Of a stretch of 64,000 nt of DNA, positions 40,501 to 52,500 are shown piece after piece (position 1 is the first letter of the stretch; each line of letters opens with the position of its first letter). The position numbers were made by a program, and so were the translations under genes. The DNA is from Sminthopsis crassicaudata. Taxonomy: Eukaryota. The DNA lies in assembly GCF_048593235.1 (NCBI RefSeq), contig NC_133621.1, forward strand, positions 101,795,148 through 101,859,147, in the 5' to 3' direction. Under the pieces are notes generated by a model. That model made no database searches, had not been told where the DNA came from, and was given only the letters and a program-made list of their open reading frames with translations.

Positions 40501-43500
40501 GCCATCCAAACTGCTTTCTTTCCTCTTCTATCACCTCTTATTTTCAGGAAAACCTCTCTGGAACCCACAGAAGCATCCTTTTATCTTCCTGTTCATGCAC
40601 ATTTGGATTCTGATAGCACTGAAAAGGAAAAAAGATGTGGGACATCACCGGTTGCCATAACCCATAGAAAAGGACTGGCATTCTCCTGCCCCCCTTGCTC
40701 TTGCTAAACCTTGGGCTCCTGGTTCTGCTGCTGGCCCACAGGGCTTCAGTCTTGTTCCACATGTGGACCTGCTGTCTTGTTGCTCTCTAGGCTTTTCTGT
40801 GCGGTCCTCTGATACTCTCTTGCAGACCTTCAGTGATTATAATTTAAATGTAAAGCAAATATAGAAATCCATGTCCTATTGCAACAGGTTGCCTCTTCTT
40901 GCCCTTACTATTTTTTTTCTCTCCTTGAAAGTCAGCTTCCTCGTAAAGTTTGGGATGTGGAGACCTGGTTCTTAATTTAACCAGAAGCAGGACACTTATT
41001 TCTTGGTCTTCCAGTGGGGCTGAATACTACTTTTTGTTATTTGGAGGATTCTCAAACAAGTATATACTGGGCTAGCTGACCTTTGAAATCCCTCCTACCT
41101 GGGAGTTTAAAACAAAAGAGTTTAAGCTCATTGGTATTAATTGGTTAAATGAAACTGGAACAGACACAATAGTCTGAGGTTATGAGTTGATTGATAGCAC
41201 TAAAAAAATTCCCACTGACCCTCAGGGGTACCTCTTGAACCTCAAAGGGGATATACACAGATCACCAGTCCACTGGGGACCTGACGTCATTTCAAGTGGG
41301 AGTTAAGATGAAGGCCTAAGGTTTTTTTAAAGGCTACATATGAAATAAATATATGTAACTTTTTAAAATAAAGGGATTGAAAGGATGCTTTCTAAGGGAG
41401 ATATCCCAGGGATTCTATAATTTTATATTCCATGACTTTTCCACTATAGAAGCTGGGCCTCTATTGAGGAAAGGATGAGGGGGTGACTTATGTGACCAAA
41501 AGTACAAAGATTTGGGAAAAAGTATCTTAAACCTCTGTTTATTTCTTTCCCTAAATATCTGTGAGAGAAAGAATATTATCTTCTGGGGAATGACATTTTT
41601 TAGGGAAAATTTTGTGTAAAAGTCACTTCATTTTTACCAGCCCTGAAGTCAAGAAGTCCTGAGTTCAAATATAGCCTCAGACACTTAACACTAACTAGCT
41701 ATGTGACCTTGGGCAAGTCACTTAGAACCTGAATTGCCTTGCCTCCCTCCAAGTCATCTCAATTCTAAACCATTTGTCTTCTCTTACTTGTTTTCATTTT
41801 GACTACGGTAATAGCCTGCTAACTGTTCTTTCTGCCCCAAGTCTATTTTCTGTCAGCTACAGCTCCCACACCTGAATAATCTTCCTAATACATTGAGGGT
41901 TTTTTTTCCATATCATTTCTCTGCTCTGTAGCCATTGGTGGCTCCCACTTGCCTACTGAATAAAATATAAATTCAATGTTCAACATCTTCCATGACTGGT
42001 TCTCCTTGTCTTTACATCTCTTCTCATAAATTCCACTTCATATTCCTGTCAAAATGGATTACTTATTCATCTCACTTTCATTGCATTTTCTTTTATGTCT
42101 CTGCATTTCCTTGAGCCCTCCTGCAGACTGACTATAGATTCCTCCATTCCTAAATATCTCTCTTTTGATGTTCCTCCCTGCCTTCTGTCCAGGCTCAACT
42201 CAGAGGACATCTCCTCTGCCTAAGATTTCTCTCACTCCTCCCAAATGAAAGTAAGCTTTCCTTCTCCAACTTACTCATGCTTTTTCCAAATCTTTCTTCT
42301 GCCTTTGTGTAATTCTCATTTATCTGTGCACTCTACTCCCCACATTAGATACTAAGTTCTTTGAGCACTTACTTGTAAATTTTTCATGCCTGTATTTCCA
42401 GAACTAATTACAGTCACTTGCACAGAGTAAGCAATTAATAGCTATGTGTTGAATTTGATGTTTGTTGGTTGAATCTCCCTTCACGGAAGGTTTGACTTAA
42501 CTATGCTGTGTTCTCCTATCTCCGTAAAGAGCAGGTATTCAGAGAACAACTTGAGTACATCTCCTGGAGGATGGTCTTCAAGAGCAACAAGATACTAATT
42601 GGTATTATTAGGTCTGGTGTCCTTTCTCATCTCTGAAGTGATTATTCAGTAGGAAAGGCACACCATGGTGTTAATTAAATGGCCAGATACTCCAGCTCTA
42701 GGAGGTATTTTAGAACTCCAATAAGTATTGAGGAACATAGATATTTGTGAAAACTGGGAACTGGGGAGGTTAGATGATCCAGGCAGGAAATAACTCAACA
42801 AGATTTAATTTGGAAAAATGTAATCCAATATCTCTGGGAGGTGAAGGAGCTAGAGGAGAAGGGAGAAAGAATCTCCTACGTCAGGCTTTTTTTCCTTCTT
42901 CATCTTTAACAGAAGAATATTTTCCAAGGCAATCAAGGAGGAACAAAATTATACCAATGGTGCCATAGATTGATAGCATAGAAACAAGACTGACAAGCTC
43001 AGTGGAATTCCCAGAGGTTCCTAAGTTTAAAATTAATATCAGATAAAGTATATGTGTGTGTGTATATATGTATATATATATACACATATGTATATATACA
43101 CACACATGTACATATTTAAATATATGCTATATATTTTATATAATATATTTAGTTATAAATATATATAATATATACTATATTATATATAAAGATCTATATT
43201 GCTGCTAGACATTGAAAGGATTACCAAAAGATTTTTTAAAAGTGAAATGTAGCTCCTGATTTTGAGAAGTCTACTGATAATATTTGTATTCATATCTTTT
43301 CTAATGGCAGACCTGCAGAAGGCAAACCTTCCAAATGCTTCCCATTGTCCATGATGGTTGAGTTGAAAGGATATGTGTGTGATTCAATACATACAAATCC
43401 ATCTCTCTTCCTCCCTCTCCCCCTGGCACGCCCTCCCTCCTGTTAGAAGAAAAAAAGGGAAAAAAAAAACTCAATGTAAAAGGACCATAGAGATCATCTT

Positions 43501-46500
43501 GGAGAGAGGATGCAGGATGGTGAGATGGAAAGAGGCTCCAATTTAAATCACAGAACCCGAGGTGGAAGCTCAGTTTGTACTGGCCATTGTTTACCAATCC
43601 GTCCTCTACCCCTCAAAAACAAATTTGCTTGCACAATACACTTTTAGGTGTAGACTATACTTTTATCCATCAATTTTCTAAGTCTATATAATAAGCAAAA
43701 CAATTAGTCAAGCGTGATTTATTGTATTTGCTGATTTTTTGAGGTGTAAATGCTTATGCTAAAAATTTAACAATGGGCTCTCTTGAGCTTGCTCCAGTAA
43801 ACCCCTGACTCTGGCTCTTACCATCTGGGTGTTCTTCAACAAGTCACAACCACCATGGATGTTAGTCTGCTGATGTATATATTGAAGGAGGTTGGGCCAA
43901 ACATGTCCATATTTATGACTTGGTAAAATCATCAATCTTAAGAAGTATTAAATCCCTTGTGTAGTCTATTTTCTCTCATTCTCTCAGACTCAAAAGATCT
44001 TATTTTTTTATGTCTTAGAAGGTCTTATTCAATCGATCTTCGTTTAGACCTTCCTTCCAGATGGGTCTATTCCAATTCTAAGTGAAGCTAGTATTTAAGT
44101 AGTGCTTTAGGAGATAAGAATCCACCAACTAAAAATATTTTTATTTTAATGTAAATCAGGAGGATTCTCCCCTACCTCCACTGACCTTAAACTTAAGAAA
44201 TCCCAATACTGTAATCCTGAACCCAGCTATCGAGAATGAGCAATTCTGCAACCTTGTCTTTCTCAAATGTAGCCAAGAACCAGAAAGAAAACAAAAAAGA
44301 TCCCAAATATCAACCACAGTCCATTGTCATTTATGTGGCAATCACTCTACATATAGCACCTGGCCTCAAGGAATTAACAATATAATAGGGGAAGACAACA
44401 TATAAAAGGAACATGAAAAGGGTAGAATGTGGAATTAAATAACAGCCTATAAATATAAATAAATAATAAATAAGCAATATGTATGATATAAAATAAATAA
44501 TATATAGATAAGTAATTGATGGAAGAGTAATGAATACATAGTACATAAATAATAAAAGTACCCAGAGAGAGTAAGTCCTGCAGCCAGGTGGAAAAAGATG
44601 AGGTGCACTGTCTGAAAATACTGAGAATTTTTCAGAGTTGAGGTCATTTGCAGGATGATGAGTTAGTGGAGATTACAAAATCCAGGAGAGCAATCACTTG
44701 GGAAAATGAACCAATCAGTGTTGAAGCAAGTTTGGCTCTCCCAATAGTTGAGAAAATGGAGTTGAGGACCATGAGTATGGAACATTGCATCTGTTGTCAT
44801 ACAAAGTTGCTAAGTTGTTTGGTTATGCTGAATGAGTTTTTTTTCTCCTCTTTAGTTTTTGTTATAAGGAATGGCTCACTGGTATGAGGAGCAGGGACAG
44901 ATATATTCAGAATTAAAGACAATGTTGAAACAAAGACATCAATAAAAATAAGATTCACAAAATTGCACAGTCTAGAATTCATGAACATTATTTATGAGAC
45001 AATTCTTTACTCAAAAATCTATCTTCTTTTACATATAGGTTTAATGGCGTTTTTATTTTGTTTCTAAACCTACAACATACCAGCAATAGTAAATGAGACA
45101 GGAAAGGAAGGGCTGAGTACAAGTACCCGTTGATAATAAAGAAAAATTATCTCTAGTGACCTAACAGATTATAAAATTCAGACAATAAGGTCTCAAAAGC
45201 ACAGCACAGTCTGAGACACACTGAATAATTCAATAGACCCTCAACGGATTTTACAAAACTGAGCAGTAATTGATGTTCCTAACTCTTTAAGAAAATAATT
45301 AAATTCTAGTTAGTGTAATCTGACCTGAAGGAGCAGATGAGTATATCATATTTTGGGAAACTTTTTTTTCCAAAATAATGAAAGAAAAAAAAAATAGCTT
45401 GGGTAGTTAGAGGGATAAACCAAGACTCTCTAGAAAATTCAGCTTTCTTAAATAACCTCTGTGGAACTAAGAAGTTTGGAAATAATCTCATAAAACAGAA
45501 AAATTAGTAAATGATTATTCACATTTGAGCAGGAGCCCAGTTTCTACCATGAGCTAATTCTAAATATCATAATTATAAATATATATGCATATATTGGATT
45601 TAACATACATTTCTACCATGTTTAGCATATATTGGATTACTTGTCATCTAAGGAAGGGGAGGAGGGGGGAATTGGAGTACAAGGTTTGGTGAGGGTCAAC
45701 GTTGAAAAATTATCCAAGCACGTGTTTTGTAAATAAGAAGCTTTAATTAAGGAATATTGCTCTCACGATTTCCTCAGGGCTCCCCCCCCCCCCGAGCCCA
45801 AGGAGGCCCTCCCCGCACTGAGGCTCTCCTCCTCTGTTCCCTGTTCTGAAATAACCTTCTTTGCTCTCTGGCCCGCCCCCAGTACGCTCTCCAAGTGCTG
45901 CCACGCCATGGTGGCCCTCATCTACCCCTTCACCTGGCAGCACACCTACATCCCGGTGCTGCCGCCCTCCATGATCGACATCGTGTGCTCGCCCACGCCC
46001 TTCCTCATCGGGCTGCTCTCCAGCTCGCTGCCTCTGCTCAAGGAGCTGCCCTTGGAAGAGGTGAGTTCCCAGGTGTGGGAGCGCAGGATTGAGGGAAGCC
46101 CGTGCTCGGCCTCCGCGTCCTGCCTTCATGTTAATGTCTCCCCTGTTGTAGAGCCCACTTGTGGGGTGCCCGTAATAGAGGTGCCTTTGGGGGATGGAAC
46201 GCGTAACCGGTTACAAGGAGCTGCCATTCACTGCTGTCCATCCATGGTGAACAGCCACAAGGCCTTCTGTCCGTGCTAGAGGTGTGCCCACCGACCAGGG
46301 CTGTATTTTGCAGATTGAGCTGTTTCTTCTCAGTTCAAAGGAAGACCCTCCCAAACCCTTCCTGTTCCTTAGCTCCCAACTCCCAGGCCTAAGACAATTA
46401 GAGAACAACAAGGACGCTTTCAGGTTACAACTGATAACATGGTCACTTTTTTCAGTGGGCCTCTTTCAGAGAAGTGCTTTTAGAAATTTTAAAAACGTAA

Positions 46501-49500
46501 GCCACCTTTAAGTTCCTGTTGTTTCGTAGCCTTGTCAGCAGAGTGGGAAGATAATAGTCCGCATTTCCAAATTACGTGAAATGATTTTCTTTGCCCCTTT
46601 TTGTTTCTGGGCTGGCTAGTTATCAAACAAGCCTAGGAATGGGGGAGATTGGGAAACACTGGGGATTCCATCACACAGTTTGGTCCCGTTGTACCTCTAG
46701 AGATTATTAGGGGGAAAAATTTCCTACACGTTCTAAACAAAGGCATTGACACAGTTCTTAAATATCTCTTCATCCTTCCCCAGGACTATTCAGGGGCCGA
46801 CCTTGGAAACCCCCCTTGGAAACCCCTAGCCAAATGCTTCTTGGAACTCAAACCAAATGTGAATTATCCATCAGGTCTGGGGCTAGAAGAATGCTGTCCT
46901 TTTAGTCTTTGAGGATGGCCAGAGAAGCAGGGAGGACCATCAAGTCTAGCTTTTAAGTTTGTGCCTCTATGGCCAAGGTTAGCGCCTACTTTTCCTGAAC
47001 AACTTGCCGTATTCAGCATTGGCTCTTTCTCCAAAGTAGAAATCGGTTCAGGGCTCTCTTGAGATGGATCAGCATCGAAGGAAGCCGCTCCAAAGAATTT
47101 CTAGCCTGGTCCAAAATGCTAAGGCAGGAGGTGCTGGTTCCTAAGGGAGGTGGAGAAAAGCATAGAGAACTGAGTTACAACTGGAAGTCTACCAAGTGCT
47201 GCTCGAGAACCCTGGGGTCTTCTTCCTCCCCGTGCTCCCACGCTTAGCCCACTGGGAAGCCGGGACCCCAACCCTCTCTCAGGTGTCACTGGCCTGGGCC
47301 AGCGAGATGTCGCTCGAAGGGCAAAGGTGTGTGTTACTGTGCAGGTGGAGGGAGGGGTCCGTGTAAGGGAGAACACTTATAGATCCGTTGTCTTTTGTCC
47401 TGTGGCGGTAACCAGAGCTGAAGTGAGCTGAGAAATGCTTAGGAAAAGCTGGCCAAGGCCAGTGTGAACAGCCCGGTCTGTGGCGTCTCTCTGTGTCCCA
47501 GCTTGTTGGCCCACGGTTGAATTAAAGCACTTGAGGATGACCCAGCAGAGCTTTCCCCTGTCATTAGTGGTGGCCCTGCAGCCACAGCAAGTGCCCTCCT
47601 GCCTTCAGGCCTCCGCTCTGGCTCCAGGAGGCCATTCCTGCAGCTCCGGCAACAGATAACGGCCCTTTCTCTCTCCCATCCCTCAGGTCCTTGTGGTAGA
47701 CCTTGTAAACAATCGTTTCCTCAGACAGGTAAGAGGATCCGCTGCTCTGCGGCCATGTACTTTGTTTTTGGGACACTTTCTAGCTGTGGAAGCGTTTCTG
47801 GGTTAGGGAGCAGGGGAGGGCAGAGGAGGGGCAAGCCGTCTCCCTTGTACGTGCCAGTTTTGAGAATGACCAAAGAGAGCAGGACAAAAGTAGAAATGCT
47901 GTGGAGGAGTTTAATTACTGTGTGTTTATAACTAAATCATTTTTATTAAATAATATAGTATATGTATCTAAATATTAATGTTGTTTTATTTTATATATTA
48001 TATAATAATACATATTTATAGTTTTTTCAAGTATTACAAAGTGCTTTCCGCACCACAATCTTGTGTGATCATTTCATTTATTTATTTATTTGATGTATTA
48101 TAACTAAAATCTAAACTCTGGCCAATTTTGAAATTATCTGACTAATAATCTTAAGACAGAAAAAACTTGGCTCACATCAAAACTTGCAAAGAATAGAGAA
48201 TTTCTTAAAAACCAAGTGGGCGTACCACGATGTCATCCGTGAATTTGAAATTCCCACTGTAATAGATGTGCTCCCTTTTGCTGACAGCCAGCAGTGCAAA
48301 TTTGTTTCATCTTCCAAAATGTAACATTTGTACTCCCTTCCCTTTCCTTCTCCCAGAGATCAGGTTAAGTTCCGGGTACCTGTTGCTCAATTAAATCCCT
48401 AAGGCCTCTTCAGAGGCCTCCCCAGGATGTGGCTAGTCATCCCGATGCCGATCCCCTGATTCACACTGGCTGAGCTCGGGGCGTGCCAGACCGGCCCTGG
48501 GCCTTGGCCAGGGCCCATCCCCGTGAGCTGGGGCAGGGCGCTGCCGCATCTCTGCTCATGGCTGCTCTTCTGCTTTGTAGATGGAAGATGAGGATTCCAT
48601 CCTGCCCCGAAAGCTACAGGTAGCGCTGGAACACATCCTGGAGCAGAGGAATGACTTGGCTAGTGACCAAGATGAGGGTCCTTTAGACTGTAAATATGGT
48701 AAATGCTCAAGTTTCACCTAAATTGTGCCTGCTGCCAATCGTTTCCCTTCTTTCACTGTGCCTCTCGGCTCCGTCAGTAAATAGAAGAAGCAAGGGGGAT
48801 GTGCCCCAGAGAAGGCTGCCGTTCACCCCGACAACTTGGAAATGGGACAAAATAGACAGGGGAGAAGAAATGCTCAGAGCTTAGCTTCTCGTGGAGTCCT
48901 AGGAGTTACAGCTGGAGAGGATCCTAGAGCTCTTCCGATGGAGCTGCAGCTCTAACCTGGGGTCGTCCTAGACCCAAGGGATCGGGGGAGAAGAGAAACA
49001 ATTACATTTTTATTTCAGTCTACTCGGTTTCCTTTGCAGTCCTACGTATCTTATTTGGTGCATTTAAAACCATTATTNNNNNNNNNNNNNNNNNNNNNNN
49101 NNNNNNNNNNNNNNNNNNNNNNNNNNNNNNNNNNNNNNNNNNNNNNNNNNNNNNNNNNNNNNNNNNNNNNNNNNNNNNNNNNNNNNNNNNNNNNNNNNNN
49201 NNNNNNNNNNNNNNNNNNNNNNNNNNNNNNNNNNNNNNNNNNNNNNNNNNNNNNNNNNNNNNNNNNNNNNNNNNNNNNNNNNNNNNNNNNNNNNNNNNNN
49301 NNNNNNNNNNNNNNNNNNNNNNNNNNNNNNNNNNNNNNNNNNNNNNNNNNNNNNNNNNNNNNNNNNNNNNNNNNNNNNNNNNNNNNNNNNNNNNNNNNNN
49401 NNNNNNNNNNNNNNNNNNNNNNNNNNNNNNNNNNNNNNNNNNNNNNNNNNNNNNNNNNNNNNNNNNNNNNNNNNNNNNNNNNNNNNNNNNNNNNNNNNNN

Positions 49501-52500
49501 NNNNNNNNNNNNNNNNNNNNNNNNNNNNNNNNNNNNNNNNNNNNNNNNNNNNNNNNNNNNNNNNNNNNNNNNNNNNNNNNNNNNNNNNNNNNNNNNNNNN
49601 CCCCCAAAGAATTCCTGCCCTTCCCCTTCATATGAGCCAACTGGGCCCTGGAAGGCTGAAGTGTCTTGGCTACTTTGCCCAAGTGTGACACAAGCTCAGG
49701 GTCTCAGGCGAGGTTGTGGGGTCTTTCCAACTTCAGGCACCGAGCGGACCCTGGACCTGTGATTCCACGGCTGTAAGCAGGGCAGTTCCTTCTGCTAATA
49801 CAAAGCCGTGTGTTCTTGGCTGCGATGGGATGTTCTTTTCCTCCAGGGCACAAAGCCAGTCTCTCCGGTTCTCTGTCCCCTGTGACAGACTGTGGGCCAC
49901 CTATGGACCTCCTTCCCATCCTTCCATTCATTCCCTGGCTCCAAGGTCAGTGCCCTGCAACTAAGCTGTGCAGGGAACCCGGTGGCAAGGCTGGCACCGG
50001 CCCGAGATGGCCAGGCCTGCCCGAGTCTGCATTTGTCCCAGGCCTCACCCCCCTCTGTCCTGCCTCTCCCCCACAGGCCCGGAGTTCAGCCCCCTGAACG
50101 AGGTGGTGTCCGAAGCCTTCGTGCGGTTTTTTGGAAGTCGTGGGCCACTATTCCCTGTTCCTGACCCCCAACGAGAAGGAGGAGAGGACCTTGCAGCGGG
50201 AGGCTTTCCAGCGGAAAGCTGTCTCTTCCAAGAGTCTGGGCGCTTCCTGGAGGTCTTCATGGAGACCCAGACGTTCCGGGGCTTCGTCCAGGAGCGGGAA
50301 CTCCGGAAGCAGGAGGCCAAGGGTCAGGATAACCTGGACCTGGGGGAGGCGGGAGAGGAAAAGGAAGGGGAGGGAGGCCCGAGATAGAGTCAGGAGCCTG
50401 TGAGGGTCTGTCTGAGGTGGGGAGGAGGAAGAGGAGCACTAATTCTTCTCTGGAAAGCTTTAAATTCACCCCATTAATTACTAATTAAATAGGGGAAACT
50501 GCTGCTGGATGGCCTTTCACAGGTCTGACCAAAGCTCAGAGGTCCTCAAACCATGGGGGCGGGGAGGGAGTGTATTGTCATCCCCGCTTTATGGATAAAG
50601 AAATTGGCTCTGGGGATGAGTTAACGGTGCCTTTAGACTACGTGTTCTTTCCCTAACTTTTCATTTTACAGATAAGGAAATGGGTCTAGAGAGGTGAGCT
50701 GATTTGCTAAAAGTTAACTATCATAATAAAAACTATAAGACAACTTGAATTCGCACTCCAGTCCCCTGAAGAGAACCAGATTTAGCCCCAAAGCCTCTTG
50801 TTTTAGGAAATTATCCCTCTAAAGCACCCTCTAAAATCTATAAAGAAATAAGGGAGGAGGGATGGGTAGAAGGGGAAGCAAAGGGGGAGGGAGGAAGGCA
50901 AGGGAGGGATCCTCTGGAGAGAATATCCTCCTGTTTTTTTCCTCTCCCACCCAAAGCCCTGTTTAGACTTTTAGGCCAGCAGTGTCAGCGTAGGGTCTTG
51001 TAGATGATGTCTCATATTCAGTGCTTGAGGAGTAATCGTTCAGAGATTTGGTTTCTGTCATTTCAACCTCAGTGCCAACCCCAAGGAAGCTCACCCAGGC
51101 TCCTAGTTAGAGAATCCGAGGGCCGATCCTCAGAAGACAAGGTGCAGGTGAAATAGTGGCCCATCGGATATTCCCAAATCTCTGTACAGATCAACATACA
51201 AGGTAGCACACGTTAGGAAATTTTGGCATAAAAACTCGGATTTTTCTCAAAACAGATTTAAATCGTACCCACTGTGAAAAAAGAATTGTACTAGATATTC
51301 TGAAAGGTGCAGTTATAGACCCAACTTCTGGAGACTGAGGCCCGGTTCCGAAAACTGGGCGAGAAAAACAAATAGCTGTAAATCCTGTTTACTTAAAAGC
51401 ACAAAGATATTTAAGGAAGAGTTAGATTATTAAAGAAGTCTTAATTCTTTAAAAGGGTTATTTTAAAGTAGATCTCCACTAGTACATAGAAGTATTTGTG
51501 TAAGACAGACTTACACATTAATCACACCCCCAACAGGTATGTTTCATTTGTACACATAGCCCACCACCTCTCTGAGGAAGAGTGAGATTTATCTCATTAC
51601 TGATCCTATGACATCAACAGTCATTGCACTGACCAAGTTCTGCTGTTTTTAGTACTTTTCTTTACATTATTGTGATTATTGTATGCATTGCTCTTTAATG
51701 TTGTTCTACATAAATTCAAACAAATCTTTCCAAGTTTTTTTTTAAATTCTTCCTATTTGTCTTTTCTCCTCAATAATGTCGCATTACATGAATGAAGCAC
51801 AATTTGTTGTGCTGTTCTCCAATCAATGGGCACCCACTTTGTTTCTAGTTGTTTTGTTTTATTTTATTGCTACCACAAAAAATGCTTCTGAATATTTGGG
51901 TATATATTGAAGGATATGTCTCCTTGGGGATCTACTCTCCTTGAGAAAAGGGGTTACTTTTTTTACATAGCTCCAAATGGCTTCCCTAAATGATTGGACC
52001 AATTTACAATTCCACCAATGATGCATTAGTGTGCCTGCCTTTCTACAACTTCTCCAAAATTGTTTCCATCTTTTATCACTTTTAAGGCACAGAACTTAAT
52101 GCTAAAATGGTAGTTACGGCATATTGATGATCACCCAAAAATGGGAATAGAATATCTCTGAAAGGATAAATGTGCCCAAATGAGAAAATTAGGTTAAATG
52201 TATAAAATGAAATTTTAAATTATTTAGCTGTGACATGGGCTCCAAAGAAGAAATATGAGAATGAACTTCCCCCTCCCTTCTTTACAAAGATGGGGGGTGG
52301 GAAGGTCTATGGATGTGGAATACTTCATATACCGCCAGACTTGATTGATATATTGGTTAGTTTTGTTTTTCTTTTTCCCTTTGTTTTTTATTCTTTGTTA
52401 TAAAAGGATGACTTGCTGGGTGAGGAAGGGAGGAGGAATGTATTGGAAAATTAAGGTAATGTAAAATCAAAAGATATCAATTAAAAATTGAATAAGAATA

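Larger units (their letters stand above)
45780..50400. promoter_or_regulatory. Intragenic GC/CpG-enriched domain spanning four DENND2A exons
   Basis: Visible CpG enrichment around 45780-46340, 47200-47850, 48400-48600 and 49600-50400, against the CpG-poor AT-rich background. Function not shown. Confidence 0.45.

Noticed and set aside
45743-46129. 128-aa antisense ORF (and a similar one at 32458-32772)
   Set aside because: These are shadow ORFs on the reverse strand of GC3-rich DENND2A exons. The lack of stops follows from codon bias.
49078-49600. Possible DENND2A exon hidden in an assembly gap (also gaps 20039-20194 and 31439-31635)
   Set aside because: The exons flanking each gap join in phase, and the protein is contiguous with the recalled orthologue, so no constitutive exon is missing.
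50323-50387. In-frame read-through past the weak GTCAGG donor to TAG
   Set aside because: An open frame for 21 codons is unremarkable in GC-rich sequence. The downstream exons are intact and in phase.
51500-52500. Apparent twin-priming inverted L1
   Set aside because: The minus segment carries its own 3'UTR covering the same region as the plus segment, so these are two independent insertions.
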